A stretch of 27,436 nucleotides of DNA, taken from the NCBI GenBank assembly GCA_031425655.1, contig JANPJS010000189.1:1-27436 (forward strand), read 5' to 3'. A program made the translations under genes and the position numbers. The DNA is from Abditibacteriaceae bacterium (lineage in GTDB: Bacteria > Armatimonadota > Abditibacteriia > Abditibacteriales > Abditibacteriaceae). This document shows, one piece after another, positions 8,247 through 17,776 of this stretch. Each line of letters opens with the position of its first letter. Position 1 is the stretch's first letter. A model generated the notes under the pieces. That model had not been told where the DNA came from and ran no database searches. It saw nothing but the letters and a program-made list of their open reading frames with translations.

Positions 8247-10114
8247 AACCGACCGCGCCCGTCGCCGGCGACAATCGGCGTGTGAGTGACGACAATCACG
8301 AGCCGGCGCGCGTGACATGGAATGAGTGGCGCGTTTACTTTCTCAGCCTGATGGCGCCGTTTCGCCGCGTGCTGATTTTGGCTCACCTGGCCATGATTAT
8401 GGACGCGTTCTTGACGGTTTTGCGCCCGTGGCCGCTGAAAGTGGTGATTGATCGCGTTTTGCACAATCGCCATTCGCGTTTGCCTTTTATCGGCGATTGG
8501 GTGGACGGGCTTGCCTTGACGCCACACCAGCTTTTGCTGGGCGCCTGCGGAGCCACGCTGTTAATCGCGCTCGGCACCGGGCTTTCGACCTATTATTACA
8601 CCCGAATCATGGGCGAAATCGGCAATCGCTTTGTTTTCGCGCTGCGCCGCCGCTTGTTCGCGCATATGCAGCGATTATCGCTGCGTTTTCACGACGGACA
8701 GCGCACCGGCGACCTGACAACGCGGCTGGGCGCCGACATCAACGCCGTCGAGGATTTGGTCGGCGACGTTTCGCAAACCTTTGTTTATAACTTCTGCCTT
8801 TTAGCCGGAATGCTGGGCATGATGCTGTGGCTGAACTGGCGCTTTGCCCTCATCGCGCTTTGCGTTTCGCCGCTGCTGTTTTGGACGATTTTTCGTTACA
8901 CGCAGCGCATCAAAATCGCTTCACGCGCCGCCCGCAACAGCGACGGCATGGTCACTTCCGTCGCGCAGGAAACGCTTTCGGCGATTCGCATCGTGCAAGG
9001 ACTGGTGCAGGAAAAACAGCAGGACGAACGCTTCGGCACGCAAAACGAAATCAGCTTACAGGCGCGCTTGCAGATCGTGCGCTGGCAGGCGACAATCGCG
9101 CCTCAGGTGGACTTTTTAGCCGCGATGGGCCTCGCTCTTGTGATGTATTTCGGCGCGACCAGTGTTTTGAACGGCGAACTGACAACCGGCGATGTGATTG
9201 TCTTTTTCGCTTACGTCACCAATCTTTACGCGCCGATGCGGCAATTAGCGCGCATCGCCAACACCTTTTACCGCGCCGAAGTGGGCGCCGAGCGCGTCGC
9301 TGAAGTGCTGCGCCAGAGCAGTGACGTGGTTGATTTGCCGAACGCGCGTCCGGCGCCGCCGCTGCGTGGACAAGTCGAGTTTCGCAACGTCGTTTTCGCT
9401 TACGAAGAAGGCCGCCCGGTCTTGAACGGCGTGAATTTAAAGGTCGAAACCGGCGAAACCATCGCGATTGTCGGCACAACCGGGGCCGGAAAAAGCACGC
9501 TTGTCAGCCTGCTGCCGCGCCTTTACGACCCCAGCGAGGGCGCGGTTTTGCTTGACGGCGTTGATATTCGGGAATACCAAACGCAGTCGCTGCGCGAACA
9601 GGTCAGTCTGGTTTTGCAGGATTCGCTGCTTTTCAAGGGCACCATCCGCGATAACATCGCGTTCGGCAAGCCCGATGCGACGGACGCAGAAGTTGAAGAA
9701 GCCGCGCGCATCGCCAACGCTTCCGAGTTCATCGAGCGCAAGCGCAACGGCTACGATACGGTTGTTTCCGAGCGCGGCTCATCGCTTTCGGGCGGGCAGA
9801 AGCAGCGTGTCGCCATCGCCCGCGCCGTGTTGCGCGATTCGCCGATTTTGATTTTGGATGAGCCAACCAGCGGCCTTGATGCCGCTTCAGAGCGCGCCGT
9901 CATTGACGCTCTGGAAATCGCAGCGCGCGGGCGCACGACCTTTATCATCGCGCACCGCTTGTCAACGGTGCGCTTCGCGGATCGCATTTTGGTTTTAGAA
10001 AACGGGCGCATTGTCGAAATCGGCACGCACGCCGAGCTTTTGGCACTCAACGGCAAATACGCCAATCTGTGCCAGTTGCAATTCATGGCCGATAAGGCCG
10101 AAGTGCTTTTGTAA
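8240..10114 (+). CDS. ABC exporter, fused permease/ATP-binding subunit (MsbA/ABCB type)
   Basis: Hydrophobic TM domain (LRPWPLKVVID), Walker A GTTGAGKS, signature LSGGQKQR, Walker B ILILDE and H-loop IAHRLST. Confidence 0.95.
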   Translation: MLKPTAPVAGDNRRVSDDNHEPARVTWNEWRVYFLSLMAPFRRVLILAHLAMIMDAFLTVLRPWPLKVVIDRVLHNRHSRLPFIGDWVDGLALTPHQLLLGACGATLLIALGTGLSTYYYTRIMGEIGNRFVFALRRRLFAHMQRLSLRFHDGQRTGDLTTRLGADINAVEDLVGDVSQTFVYNFCLLAGMLGMMLWLNWRFALIALCVSPLLFWTIFRYTQRIKIASRAARNSDGMVTSVAQETLSAIRIVQGLVQEKQQDERFGTQNEISLQARLQIVRWQATIAPQVDFLAAMGLALVMYFGATSVLNGELTTGDVIVFFAYVTNLYAPMRQLARIANTFYRAEVGAERVAEVLRQSSDVVDLPNARPAPPLRGQVEFRNVVFAYEEGRPVLNGVNLKVETGETIAIVGTTGAGKSTLVSLLPRLYDPSEGAVLLDGVDIREYQTQSLREQVSLVLQDSLLFKGTIRDNIAFGKPDATDAEVEEAARIANASEFIERKRNGYDTVVSERGSSLSGGQKQRVAIARAVLRDSPILILDEPTSGLDAASERAVIDALEIAARGRTTFIIAHRLSTVRFADRILVLENGRIVEIGTHAELLALNGKYANLCQLQFMADKAEVLL

Positions 10115-10140
10115 AAGCGCCCGGCGGCGCTGGAATTCTT

Positions 10141-11457
10141 ATGAAACCAACACTTTCTCTCGCGGCGCTTGCTGTGTTTTGCGCGCCGCATTTGGGCCAT
10201 GCCGACGGCGCCGCAGACATCGCGGCTTTGCGGAAACAAGTCGCCGAACTGAGTGCGCGACTTGAAAAAATGGAAAAGCAGGCGGCGCAGGCCAAAACCC
10301 AAGAAAAAGACGGCGCCGTGCCGATTACGGTAAAAAGCGGGGCGCGAGTCACGGTTTCGGGCCTGATGCAGGTGAACATTCGCGGTTACAACGACGCCGA
10401 CGATGCGATGATGACCGGCTCTGGCCGGGCCGATACTTTTCAACTGCGCCGCGCGAATCTGGTGTTCGACGCTCGCATCACGCGACGATTGGATGCCACC
10501 TTAGGCGTGAACTTCGCCAAGCGTTTGCGCCTGATTCGCTCGCCCCTGACCGGGCAGGGTGGCATCAGTCAGCGTGGTAATATCTTGCAAACGTTGGAGC
10601 TTTCGTATTTGTTACACCGTGCCTCAAAGGACAATCGAACCTATTTAGATGTCGGGCAATTTACTCTTCCCATTGGTTATGAGGGTTATCTGGCGTCATC
10701 CAGTGCGCTGCAAACTGTGGATCGGGCCTTGATGTTCACACAACGCGACCCATTCGACGGCGCTTATGGCAGCACGCACGATACAGGCATCCAATTGCGC
10801 GGCGTGAAGGGCGAAGTTGACTTCCGTCTGGGCGTGTTTAACGGTTTGGGCGAACGGCAAAACACCACTGCGCTTTCCGATAACAAAGCCATCGTAGGAT
10901 TTTTGTCGGTTCGTCCATCACGAGTTAAGGGATTGCGATTGGGCCTCAGCGGCGCTCGTGGTAACACCCGCAACACTTCGGCGCCGCCGGATTTGCCGGG
11001 CCGCGAAGTTTTGAATAACCGGGCCGACCGCTCCATCATCAATGCGTTTATCGTCTATAAAATTCGCAAATGGACTTTGCAAAGCGAGGTCATGAGAACG
11101 ACAAGTTTTCTCAGTGGCGTCGAAGGCCTGCCGCCGGCGCCGGGCCGCAGCCTGGTGCGCCGTGAAATCGAAAGTCATTACTTTAGTGGTGGCTATCGGA
11201 TCAACGAACACCTGGAATTTGTCACGCGCTACGATGTATTTAATTTCGACCGGCAACTGCAAAATGCCGCCGCGCGCGACATCACACTGGGGTTGAACTA
11301 TTATCTCAAAGGCAACAATGCCAAGATTCAGGCGAACATCGTGCGACGCAACGGCGGTGTTGATATTTCGCCGGGCAACCAATTCTCAAGGGGCACGTCG
11401 AGAGACTTCCAAAACGACCGCACCGAACTACGCCTCAACTTTCAAAGCGCCTTTTGA
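10141..11457 (+). CDS. Outer-membrane porin (OprO/OprP-like)
   Basis: Signal peptide, N-terminal coiled coil, FQLRRANL, DVGQF, GVFNG and LGLNYY amphipathic strands, and a terminal Phe. Confidence 0.75.
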   Translation: MKPTLSLAALAVFCAPHLGHADGAADIAALRKQVAELSARLEKMEKQAAQAKTQEKDGAVPITVKSGARVTVSGLMQVNIRGYNDADDAMMTGSGRADTFQLRRANLVFDARITRRLDATLGVNFAKRLRLIRSPLTGQGGISQRGNILQTLELSYLLHRASKDNRTYLDVGQFTLPIGYEGYLASSSALQTVDRALMFTQRDPFDGAYGSTHDTGIQLRGVKGEVDFRLGVFNGLGERQNTTALSDNKAIVGFLSVRPSRVKGLRLGLSGARGNTRNTSAPPDLPGREVLNNRADRSIINAFIVYKIRKWTLQSEVMRTTSFLSGVEGLPPAPGRSLVRREIESHYFSGGYRINEHLEFVTRYDVFNFDRQLQNAAARDITLGLNYYLKGNNAKIQANIVRRNGGVDISPGNQFSRGTSRDFQNDRTELRLNFQSAF

Positions 11458-11562
11458 GCTTTGATGTAAATACGAAGTAGAGCGAATTCGCATGGCCACT
11501 CCTGTGCCTGTCACCTGTTGCTCCACAGCACTCTCATAAGAAAAAGCAGAACAAGGACGTAA

Positions 11563-14484
11563 ATGAAATCTCCTAAAATTCAGTTTGGACTGGCCACGGC
11601 GCTGTGCGCGCTGCTTGTGCAGGCCGCCGCATTTGCCGCCACGCCCACAGTTGTCGCCACCGTGAACGTGTCGCCCGGCCAACTCGGTTTCGGCTCGCGG
11701 GCTGTGGCTTACAACGCCGCGACCAACAAAATCTACGTCGCCAACTCCAGCAACAACGTATCGGTTTTAGACGGCACCTCGAAAGCATTGCTGACAACGG
11801 TTGTTGTCGGAGCCGCGCCGCGCGCCATCGCGGTCAACAAATCCACCAACAAAATCTACGTCGCCAACGAAACCGGCAATTCGGTCAGCGTTATCAACGG
11901 CTCGACTGATACGGTTTCGGCCACAATTGCCGTCGGCACTTTGCCACGCGGTATTGCGGTCAACGAGACGACGAACAAAATTTATGTCGCCAACAACAGC
12001 GACAGCACAGTCAGCGTGATTAGCGGCGCGACTAACGCCGTCTCAAAAACTCTTGCTGGCGGCATCAATCCGCGTGCTGTGGCTGTCAACGCCACCACCA
12101 ATAAAATCTACGTCGCCAACGAAGGCGACAATTCGACGGACGTTATTGACGGCTCAAGCGATTTTATAGCAAATTCAATAGCCGTCGGGCTGGCACCGCG
12201 CGGCGTCGGCGTGAACGCCACAACCAATAAAATCTACGTCGCCAACGATTTAGGCAACAGCGTCAGCGTGATTTCCGGCTCGACCAATGCCGTCAGCGCG
12301 ACGGTTGCCTTAGCGGTCGGCACCGGGCCGCAGGGCGTCGGCGTCAACGCGACGACCAATACGGTTTACGTCGCCGGCCAGAGCAATAACACAATCAGCG
12401 TGATTTCCGGCGCGACCAACGCGCTGACGGCAACGCTGCCCAGCGGCTCCAGCCCGCGTAACGTGGCCATAAATTCCGGCGCCAACCAAATCTACGTCGC
12501 TAACGAAACCGATAGCACGTTGCAAGTTATCAACGGCGCGACAAACGCCGGGTCAAGCGTCGTGTTGGGCATCAGCCCAACCGGAATTGATGCCAACACG
12601 ACGACCAACATGGCTTATGTGGCGAGATACGGCACCGACAGCGTGAGCGTTTTCGACCTGTCCGTGACACCGCCCGCAGAAGTTACGCAGATTAAGGTGG
12701 GCAATAATCCGTTTGGCGTGGCGGTAAATTCCACTACCAACAAAATCTATGTCACCAACAATTTGAGCAAGACAGTCAGCGTAATTAACGGCGCGACAAA
12801 TACCGTTGCGGCAACCATCGCGGTGGGCGGCAGCCCGCGTGGCGTGGCTGTCAACCCAACCACCAACAAAATTTATGTCGCCAACGAAAACAGCAATTCA
12901 ATCAGCGTCGTTGATGGCGCTACTAATACGGTGACAGCGACAATTGCTTTAGCTTTAGGCACAAATCCGCGCGGCGTGGCTGTTGTAGCTTCCACCAACA
13001 AAATTTACACCGCCAACTCCGGGACGGATAACGGCAACGTGATTTCGGGGGCGACGAATGCGGTCACGGCGACCATCGTTTTGGGCTTGCAGCCGCAGGC
13101 CATCGTCGCGAACGGCACGACCAATAAAATCTACGTTGCCAACCAGAACGGCAACTCGATTAGCGTTATTAACGGCGCGACGGGAACGGTTTCGGCGACG
13201 ATTGCGGTTGGAGATCAGCCGCGCGGCATCAGTGTCAACAGCGTGTTGAACAAAATCTATGTTCCCAACAGCGGCGACAACGGGATGCCCGGCAAAACGT
13301 TGAGCGTAATTGACGGTGCGACAAATGTCGTCTCCACAACGCTTACCGTCGGACGCCGCCCGCTTGGCGTGGGCGTCAGCGCCAATGCTGGACGCGTATT
13401 GGTCGGCAACTTCGGCGAGGGAACCGTCACGGTGATTTCCGATGTCACGCCCGACACGACGGCGCCTACGGTTTCGGTTTCTACGCCGGTGAACAACCAA
13501 TATTACAAGGCGCTGGCCTCCTCGACGGGCAAGGCTGCCGACAGCGGTTCTGGCGTGAAGCAAGTCACGCTTGCGCTGGGCCATTACACGACGCCCACCT
13601 CCACCACGCCCTTTGAATATTGGAACTGGACGACTTTAGCGTGGCAGATCACACCCAACGAAGGCGCCGCAACCACGACCACCGCTTGGGCCAGTTGGAG
13701 CAAAACCCTGCCCACCTTAGCGCAAGGCTTTTACGGCGTGCGCGCGACCGCCACCGATAACGCCAGCAATGCCGCAACGACGGCGTGGGTGCATTTCAAC
13801 TTAGACAAGACGCTGCCTGCTGTGGCAATAACCAACCCGACGGCGGGAGCCAGCCTTTCCAGCCTGCCGACGACTTCGGGCACGGCCAGCGATAGCGGCG
13901 GCAGCGGCATGAACAAAGTTGTCCTGGGCATCGCGCGCTATTCCAGCGCAAGTGCGACGATCATCCAAGATTATTGGAACTGGACAACTTCAGCATGGAC
14001 TACAACCAATGGAGCAGCCAACGAAGGGCTATGCACCACATCCAACGCTTGGGCGAATTGGAGCAAAACCATGCCCGCTTTGCCTGTCGGCTCTTACGCA
14101 GTGCGCGCCAGGGCTTACGACAAGGCACTTAACACAAAATACACAAGTTGGATTCGTTTCACGATTACCGGCGCGGCCTTGTCGGCATCGCTTTCCAGCG
14201 GCACCGAGCTTTCGTCCGCATCGGCGAGTGCGGCGACAGGCACGGTTCATTTGACGTTTACTTCGTCGCTTGATTCAACTACGGCCAGCGCTCCTTCGCA
14301 TTACAGCGCGACAGTCAACGGTCAAATGGGAACCGTGCGAAGCGTCGTTTGCGCCGACAACGGTGTCACGCTGGTTCTGGCAAACGGGCTGAGAGTGGGC
14401 GATGAAGTAGTCGTCGCGTGGAGCGGCGTGCAGGATGCTGCGGGCCGCATTCTGCAGGGCCAAACGACCGTCACTACTTGGTAG
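11563..14484 (+). CDS. Secreted YVTN/YncE beta-propeller repeat protein with Ig-like domains
   Basis: Signal peptide, 14 repeats of about 42 aa (P.GVAVN..TNKIYVAN...SVSVI.G), two Ig-like repeats (DTTAPTV.., DKTLPAV..) and a C-terminal beta domain of about 95 aa. Confidence 0.9.
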   Translation: MKSPKIQFGLATALCALLVQAAAFAATPTVVATVNVSPGQLGFGSRAVAYNAATNKIYVANSSNNVSVLDGTSKALLTTVVVGAAPRAIAVNKSTNKIYVANETGNSVSVINGSTDTVSATIAVGTLPRGIAVNETTNKIYVANNSDSTVSVISGATNAVSKTLAGGINPRAVAVNATTNKIYVANEGDNSTDVIDGSSDFIANSIAVGLAPRGVGVNATTNKIYVANDLGNSVSVISGSTNAVSATVALAVGTGPQGVGVNATTNTVYVAGQSNNTISVISGATNALTATLPSGSSPRNVAINSGANQIYVANETDSTLQVINGATNAGSSVVLGISPTGIDANTTTNMAYVARYGTDSVSVFDLSVTPPAEVTQIKVGNNPFGVAVNSTTNKIYVTNNLSKTVSVINGATNTVAATIAVGGSPRGVAVNPTTNKIYVANENSNSISVVDGATNTVTATIALALGTNPRGVAVVASTNKIYTANSGTDNGNVISGATNAVTATIVLGLQPQAIVANGTTNKIYVANQNGNSISVINGATGTVSATIAVGDQPRGISVNSVLNKIYVPNSGDNGMPGKTLSVIDGATNVVSTTLTVGRRPLGVGVSANAGRVLVGNFGEGTVTVISDVTPDTTAPTVSVSTPVNNQYYKALASSTGKAADSGSGVKQVTLALGHYTTPTSTTPFEYWNWTTLAWQITPNEGAATTTTAWASWSKTLPTLAQGFYGVRATATDNASNAATTAWVHFNLDKTLPAVAITNPTAGASLSSLPTTSGTASDSGGSGMNKVVLGIARYSSASATIIQDYWNWTTSAWTTTNGAANEGLCTTSNAWANWSKTMPALPVGSYAVRARAYDKALNTKYTSWIRFTITGAALSASLSSGTELSSASASAATGTVHLTFTSSLDSTTASAPSHYSATVNGQMGTVRSVVCADNGVTLVLANGLRVGDEVVVAWSGVQDAAGRILQGQTTVTTW

Positions 14485-14491
14485 GACACAT

Positions 14492-14535
14492 ATGGCTGCT
14501 TGAAAACGGAAATTGAAGCGTTTTTAGGCAGCCAT
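14492..14535 (+). terminator. Hairpin downstream of the YVTN gene
   Basis: atggctgc-ttgaaaacg ... cgtttttag-gcagccat inverted repeat 7 nt after the stop codon. There is no clear U-tract. Confidence 0.4.
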
Positions 14536-14619
14536 GCCACTCCGCTTACATGAGGGCTGGATACCGAATACTGCCTCTCTGATGGCGCGCAGGATGGGTG
14601 CGACGAAAAGTCTTCGGTG

Positions 14620-15849
14620 TAAGTAGTCTGTAATCTAAGTTACTCGGCATTTTTCCTGATGCCAGAGTAGGCGGTTTCAAAAGTGGGTCTGGCTTTGTGG
14701 ATGGAAAACTGCCAGTTGATTTTGATAGCTTTGTCTTGGCGCTCTTGCAATAAACTCAAGACTTCGCATTCCAGCTTTTCTTGGGTCGGGATGCGCCGGT
14801 TGAGGCATTGGCGCGAAAGCGCCGAGAACTCAATTTCAATCATGTTGAGCCACGAGGCACTCTTGGAGGCACTCTTGGGAGTGAAGTGAAACTCGAAGCG
14901 TTGCGCTAAAGCAAAGGCTTCCTCGGCTTCCTCGGCTTCATAAGTTTCATAAAGCGCACTGAGACAATGGGTGTTGAGATTATCTTGCACGAGAAGGATT
15001 TTGAGAGCATCGGGATAGCGGGCGGCTAAGGCTTTGAGAAGCAGCGCATACTCCCGTTTGGTGCGCTGCTTATGAACTTGACCTAAGCGTGTTCCGGTCA
15101 AAGGTTGCAGAGCCGCCAACAAACAACACGAGCCATTTTTGCTGTAAGCATTTGCTGTAAGCATAATGCTCTTTCGCGATTTTTCCGGGGTGCGGATTGA
15201 GCGGTGCCATCACCTCGCCAATCAGAAAACAGGGACGTTCATCGAAGCAAATCACGGGAAAAAGGGGATTATAGGGCTTATCATAGAGCCAAAGCAGTCG
15301 TTCCATACGGGCCACAAAGCGAGAATCAATCACGCCGATACACCATGTCTTTTTCAAATGCGGTTTGAGATCGTTTTTTTGAGTATCTGACCGGCGTGAT
15401 TATGCGAAAGGTGTTCGACAAAATCTAATTCGACGGCTTTGTCAGCTAACAATCGTAATGACCACTTTGCATATCCTTCGGGCGGCGTGCTACAAGCCAG
15501 AGCGGTAATCTGGGCGCGCTGCACGCCATCAATTTGCACTGGGCGTCCCGAACGCGGTTTATCCTGTAACATCGCCAAGCCCTCCGCTTGATAGCGGTCA
15601 CGCCATGTCGCCACAGTATTGGAATTGACCTCCAATAAAGCGGCAACGCTTTGAAGGGTGTCCCCTTGATCCAACTTCAACAAAGCGGTGGCGCGTTTGT
15701 AAAATTTGACACTCAGGCTGTTTTTATGGACTAACGATTCCAGCGTGGAGCGGTCAGCGTCGTTCAATGGCAGATGGGATTTGATCATGCTGGTCAGTAT
15801 CCAAACTGCACGAGAAAAATGCCATGCAACTTGGATTACAGACTACTTA
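14620..15849 (-). mobile_element. IS630-family insertion sequence
   Basis: 36-bp inverted repeats (taagtagtctgtaatctaagttactcggcatttttc, 32/36) enclose a transposase and are TA-bounded. The true ends may be the inner TA pair at 14624/15845, which would make the target the palindrome taagTActta. Confidence 0.93.
14640..15788 (-). pseudogene. IS630-family transposase, frameshifted
   Basis: The HTH ORF (15788-15354; DKPRSGRP, WSLRLLA) joins the DDE part by a -1 shift at an A7 run (15374-15380), giving LKKNDLKPHLKKTWCI. DDE motifs CFDERP, VQDNLNTH and WLNMIEIE are present. A second frameshift comes from a 13-bp duplication at 15138-15163. Confidence 0.9.
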
Positions 15850-15923
15850 AACACAAATATTTTGGTTTTATCCTGCGCGCTGCTTTGCCGGGCGCTTTTC
15901 TGTTGGTGCGATAGGGATTACGT

Positions 15924-16928
15924 TCAGCGATTTAGAACGGCTGCGCGATACCATTCCCAGAAACGACGGCAGCCTTCTTCGACGGTCACCTGCGGGTTGT
16001 AATCGAGCAAACGCTGCGCTTTGCTGATGTCGGCGAATGTGTAAGGAATCTCGGTGTCGGGCGCTTTTTCGGGCACCAGATTGGCTTTTGCGCCCGCCAA
16101 ATTTTCCAGCAGCACCACGAAATCGGCCATCAGCACCGGCAGGCCGCGTCCCAGATTGATAACTTCGTAGGCTTGCGGACGGTCGCAGGCCGCCACCACG
16201 CCGCTGCTGATGTCCTTCACGAAAGTCCAGTCGCGGTGCATTTGGCCGCTGTCGTAAAACGGCACCGTTTTCCCGGTGAAAATGCTTTCCAGCACCTTGC
16301 CGGGCATCATGTCGGGACGCCCTCGCGGGCCGTAGACGTTGAAAAAACGCAGGACGGTCGCAGGCACTTTGTAATTGAAATGATACGAGTAGAGCAGCAA
16401 TTCGGCGGCGCGTTTGCTGGCGGCATAAGGCGCCAAAGGCTCGTTGCAAGTATCGCTTTCCACGAACGGCATGACTTTGGTGTTGCCGTAGGCCGAGGAA
16501 GTCGAAGCCAAAACGAAATTCGCCAGCGTGTCCGGCTTTTTGCCGGTCAGTCGCCCGGTTACGCCGTCCAGCAGGTTCAGCGTTCCGGCGCAGTTGACAT
16601 CGTAATAAAGCTGCGGATCGTCGAGAGAAGCGCGCACGCCGGCCATCGCCGCAAGGTTGACAACCGCATCGAAGCGATATTGCTCGAAAAGACTGGTCAG
16701 CGCGGCGCGGTCGCGTAAATCGGTCTTAACGCAGTGGAGATTTTCGACAAAGCCTTTGGCCTCAGCCGCCGCGCGCACTTCTTCGATGTTGGCGGCTTTG
16801 CGCTGCGGCGAATAATAATCGTTGAGATTATCCAAAGCCACCACGACATCGCCGCGCTCTAAAAGCTGCTGCGCGACGTGGCTGCCGATAAAACCGGCGG
16901 CGCCCGTCACTAAAATCGTTTTGCTCAA
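15924..16928 (-). CDS. NAD-dependent epimerase/dehydratase (UDP-glucuronate 4-epimerase-like)
   Basis: VTGAAGFIG, DNLNDYY, LAAMAGVR, YAASK, LRFFNVYGPRGRPDM. TTG start with RBS aagga. Confidence 0.93.
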   Translation of the reverse strand: MSKTILVTGAAGFIGSHVAQQLLERGDVVVALDNLNDYYSPQRKAANIEEVRAAAEAKGFVENLHCVKTDLRDRAALTSLFEQYRFDAVVNLAAMAGVRASLDDPQLYYDVNCAGTLNLLDGVTGRLTGKKPDTLANFVLASTSSAYGNTKVMPFVESDTCNEPLAPYAASKRAAELLLYSYHFNYKVPATVLRFFNVYGPRGRPDMMPGKVLESIFTGKTVPFYDSGQMHRDWTFVKDISSGVVAACDRPQAYEVINLGRGLPVLMADFVVLLENLAGAKANLVPEKAPDTEIPYTFADISKAQRLLDYNPQVTVEEGCRRFWEWYRAAVLNR

Positions 16929-16948
16929 AATCTCGTTCCTTAACGGCC

Positions 16949-17770
16949 CTACTTTTTACGCGCTTGCAGGGCGCTGTAGCAAATTTCGCCGCTTTGCAGC
17001 AGGCCGTAGACCTTCGAGCCGGGCATTCCCGCGAAATCGGAAAACGGGCGCTGCATCCATTTCGGTGCGTGCGCCAAAATCGCTTCTTGTTTAGCCGGAG
17101 CCGCGACATCCAAAGCTTTAAGCACGTTCGGCGTGATTTCGGTGTGGTTTTCGATGACAAAGCCCGCGCTTTCAAATTGGCCGCGCACCATATCCCATTC
17201 GCTGCGCGGACGCATATCGCACCACGAAAAGGTGCCGCCGGGCCGCAAAACGCGCGCGACTTGCTGTAAGAAATCCGGCATCGAAGCGTAGCAATGCGAC
17301 GATTCGACGTTCAAAACGATGTCGAACGACGCGGTTTGCAGCGGTAAACGCAGCGCATCGCCTTGTCGGAAACGAAGGCGCGGCGCGTTGTGCCGTTTTT
17401 GCGCCAGAAGCGTGGCTTGATCCGAATAATCTATGCCAAACATCCATTTTGGGCTTTTGGTGCGCGCTAAATACGCCGCGCCGCCGCCACGCCCGGAGCC
17501 GACTTCGACAACTTCTTTGCCGCTCAAATCCAAACCGCGCGTGACGCGCTCGTAAAGGCCGATAAAACAGCGATTGGGCGCGTCTTCGGCGCTGAGCGGC
17601 AAGTTTTCGATTTGCTCGTCCCAGAAGCCGTAATTCATGAAAGTCCAGTCGCCCTGTCCGTATTTGCGCGCCAGATTTTCATACCATTTGCGCCATAAAA
17701 GCGCCCGCAGGCGCGGCGAGGCAGCCACAGTGGACACTGCTTCAAGAGCGAGATCGTTGATGTTAATCAT
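16949..17770 (-). CDS. Class I SAM-dependent methyltransferase (lipid O-methyltransferase-like)
   Basis: Motif I VEVGSGRGGG and GDALRLP. FMNYG and NVESSHCY resemble the mycobacterial phthiotriol/fatty-acid O-methyltransferase group. Confidence 0.88.
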   Translation of the reverse strand: MININDLALEAVSTVAASPRLRALLWRKWYENLARKYGQGDWTFMNYGFWDEQIENLPLSAEDAPNRCFIGLYERVTRGLDLSGKEVVEVGSGRGGGAAYLARTKSPKWMFGIDYSDQATLLAQKRHNAPRLRFRQGDALRLPLQTASFDIVLNVESSHCYASMPDFLQQVARVLRPGGTFSWCDMRPRSEWDMVRGQFESAGFVIENHTEITPNVLKALDVAAPAKQEAILAHAPKWMQRPFSDFAGMPGSKVYGLLQSGEICYSALQARKK

Positions 17771-17776
17771 AGAAAT

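Noticed and set aside
5817..10114. Calling the cluster a canonical poly-gamma-glutamate capsule (capBCA) locus
   Set aside because: Only a CapA-like domain is present. There is no CapB ligase or CapC in the window.
5503..10114. RiPP/bacteriocin cluster with the small ORF as precursor
   Set aside because: The small protein has a Sec-type signal rather than a recognisable leader/core, the ABC exporter lacks a C39 domain, and no known RiPP maturase is present.
9751..10443. 230-aa minus-strand ORF
   Set aside because: Antisense to the ABC ATPase and porin, a common spurious frame.
11700..13440. Regularly spaced nucleotide repeats (accaacaaaatctacgtcgccaac) resembling a CRISPR array
   Set aside because: They are in-frame YVTN protein repeats with synonymous variation and about 126-nt periodicity. 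No unique spacers or cas genes are present.
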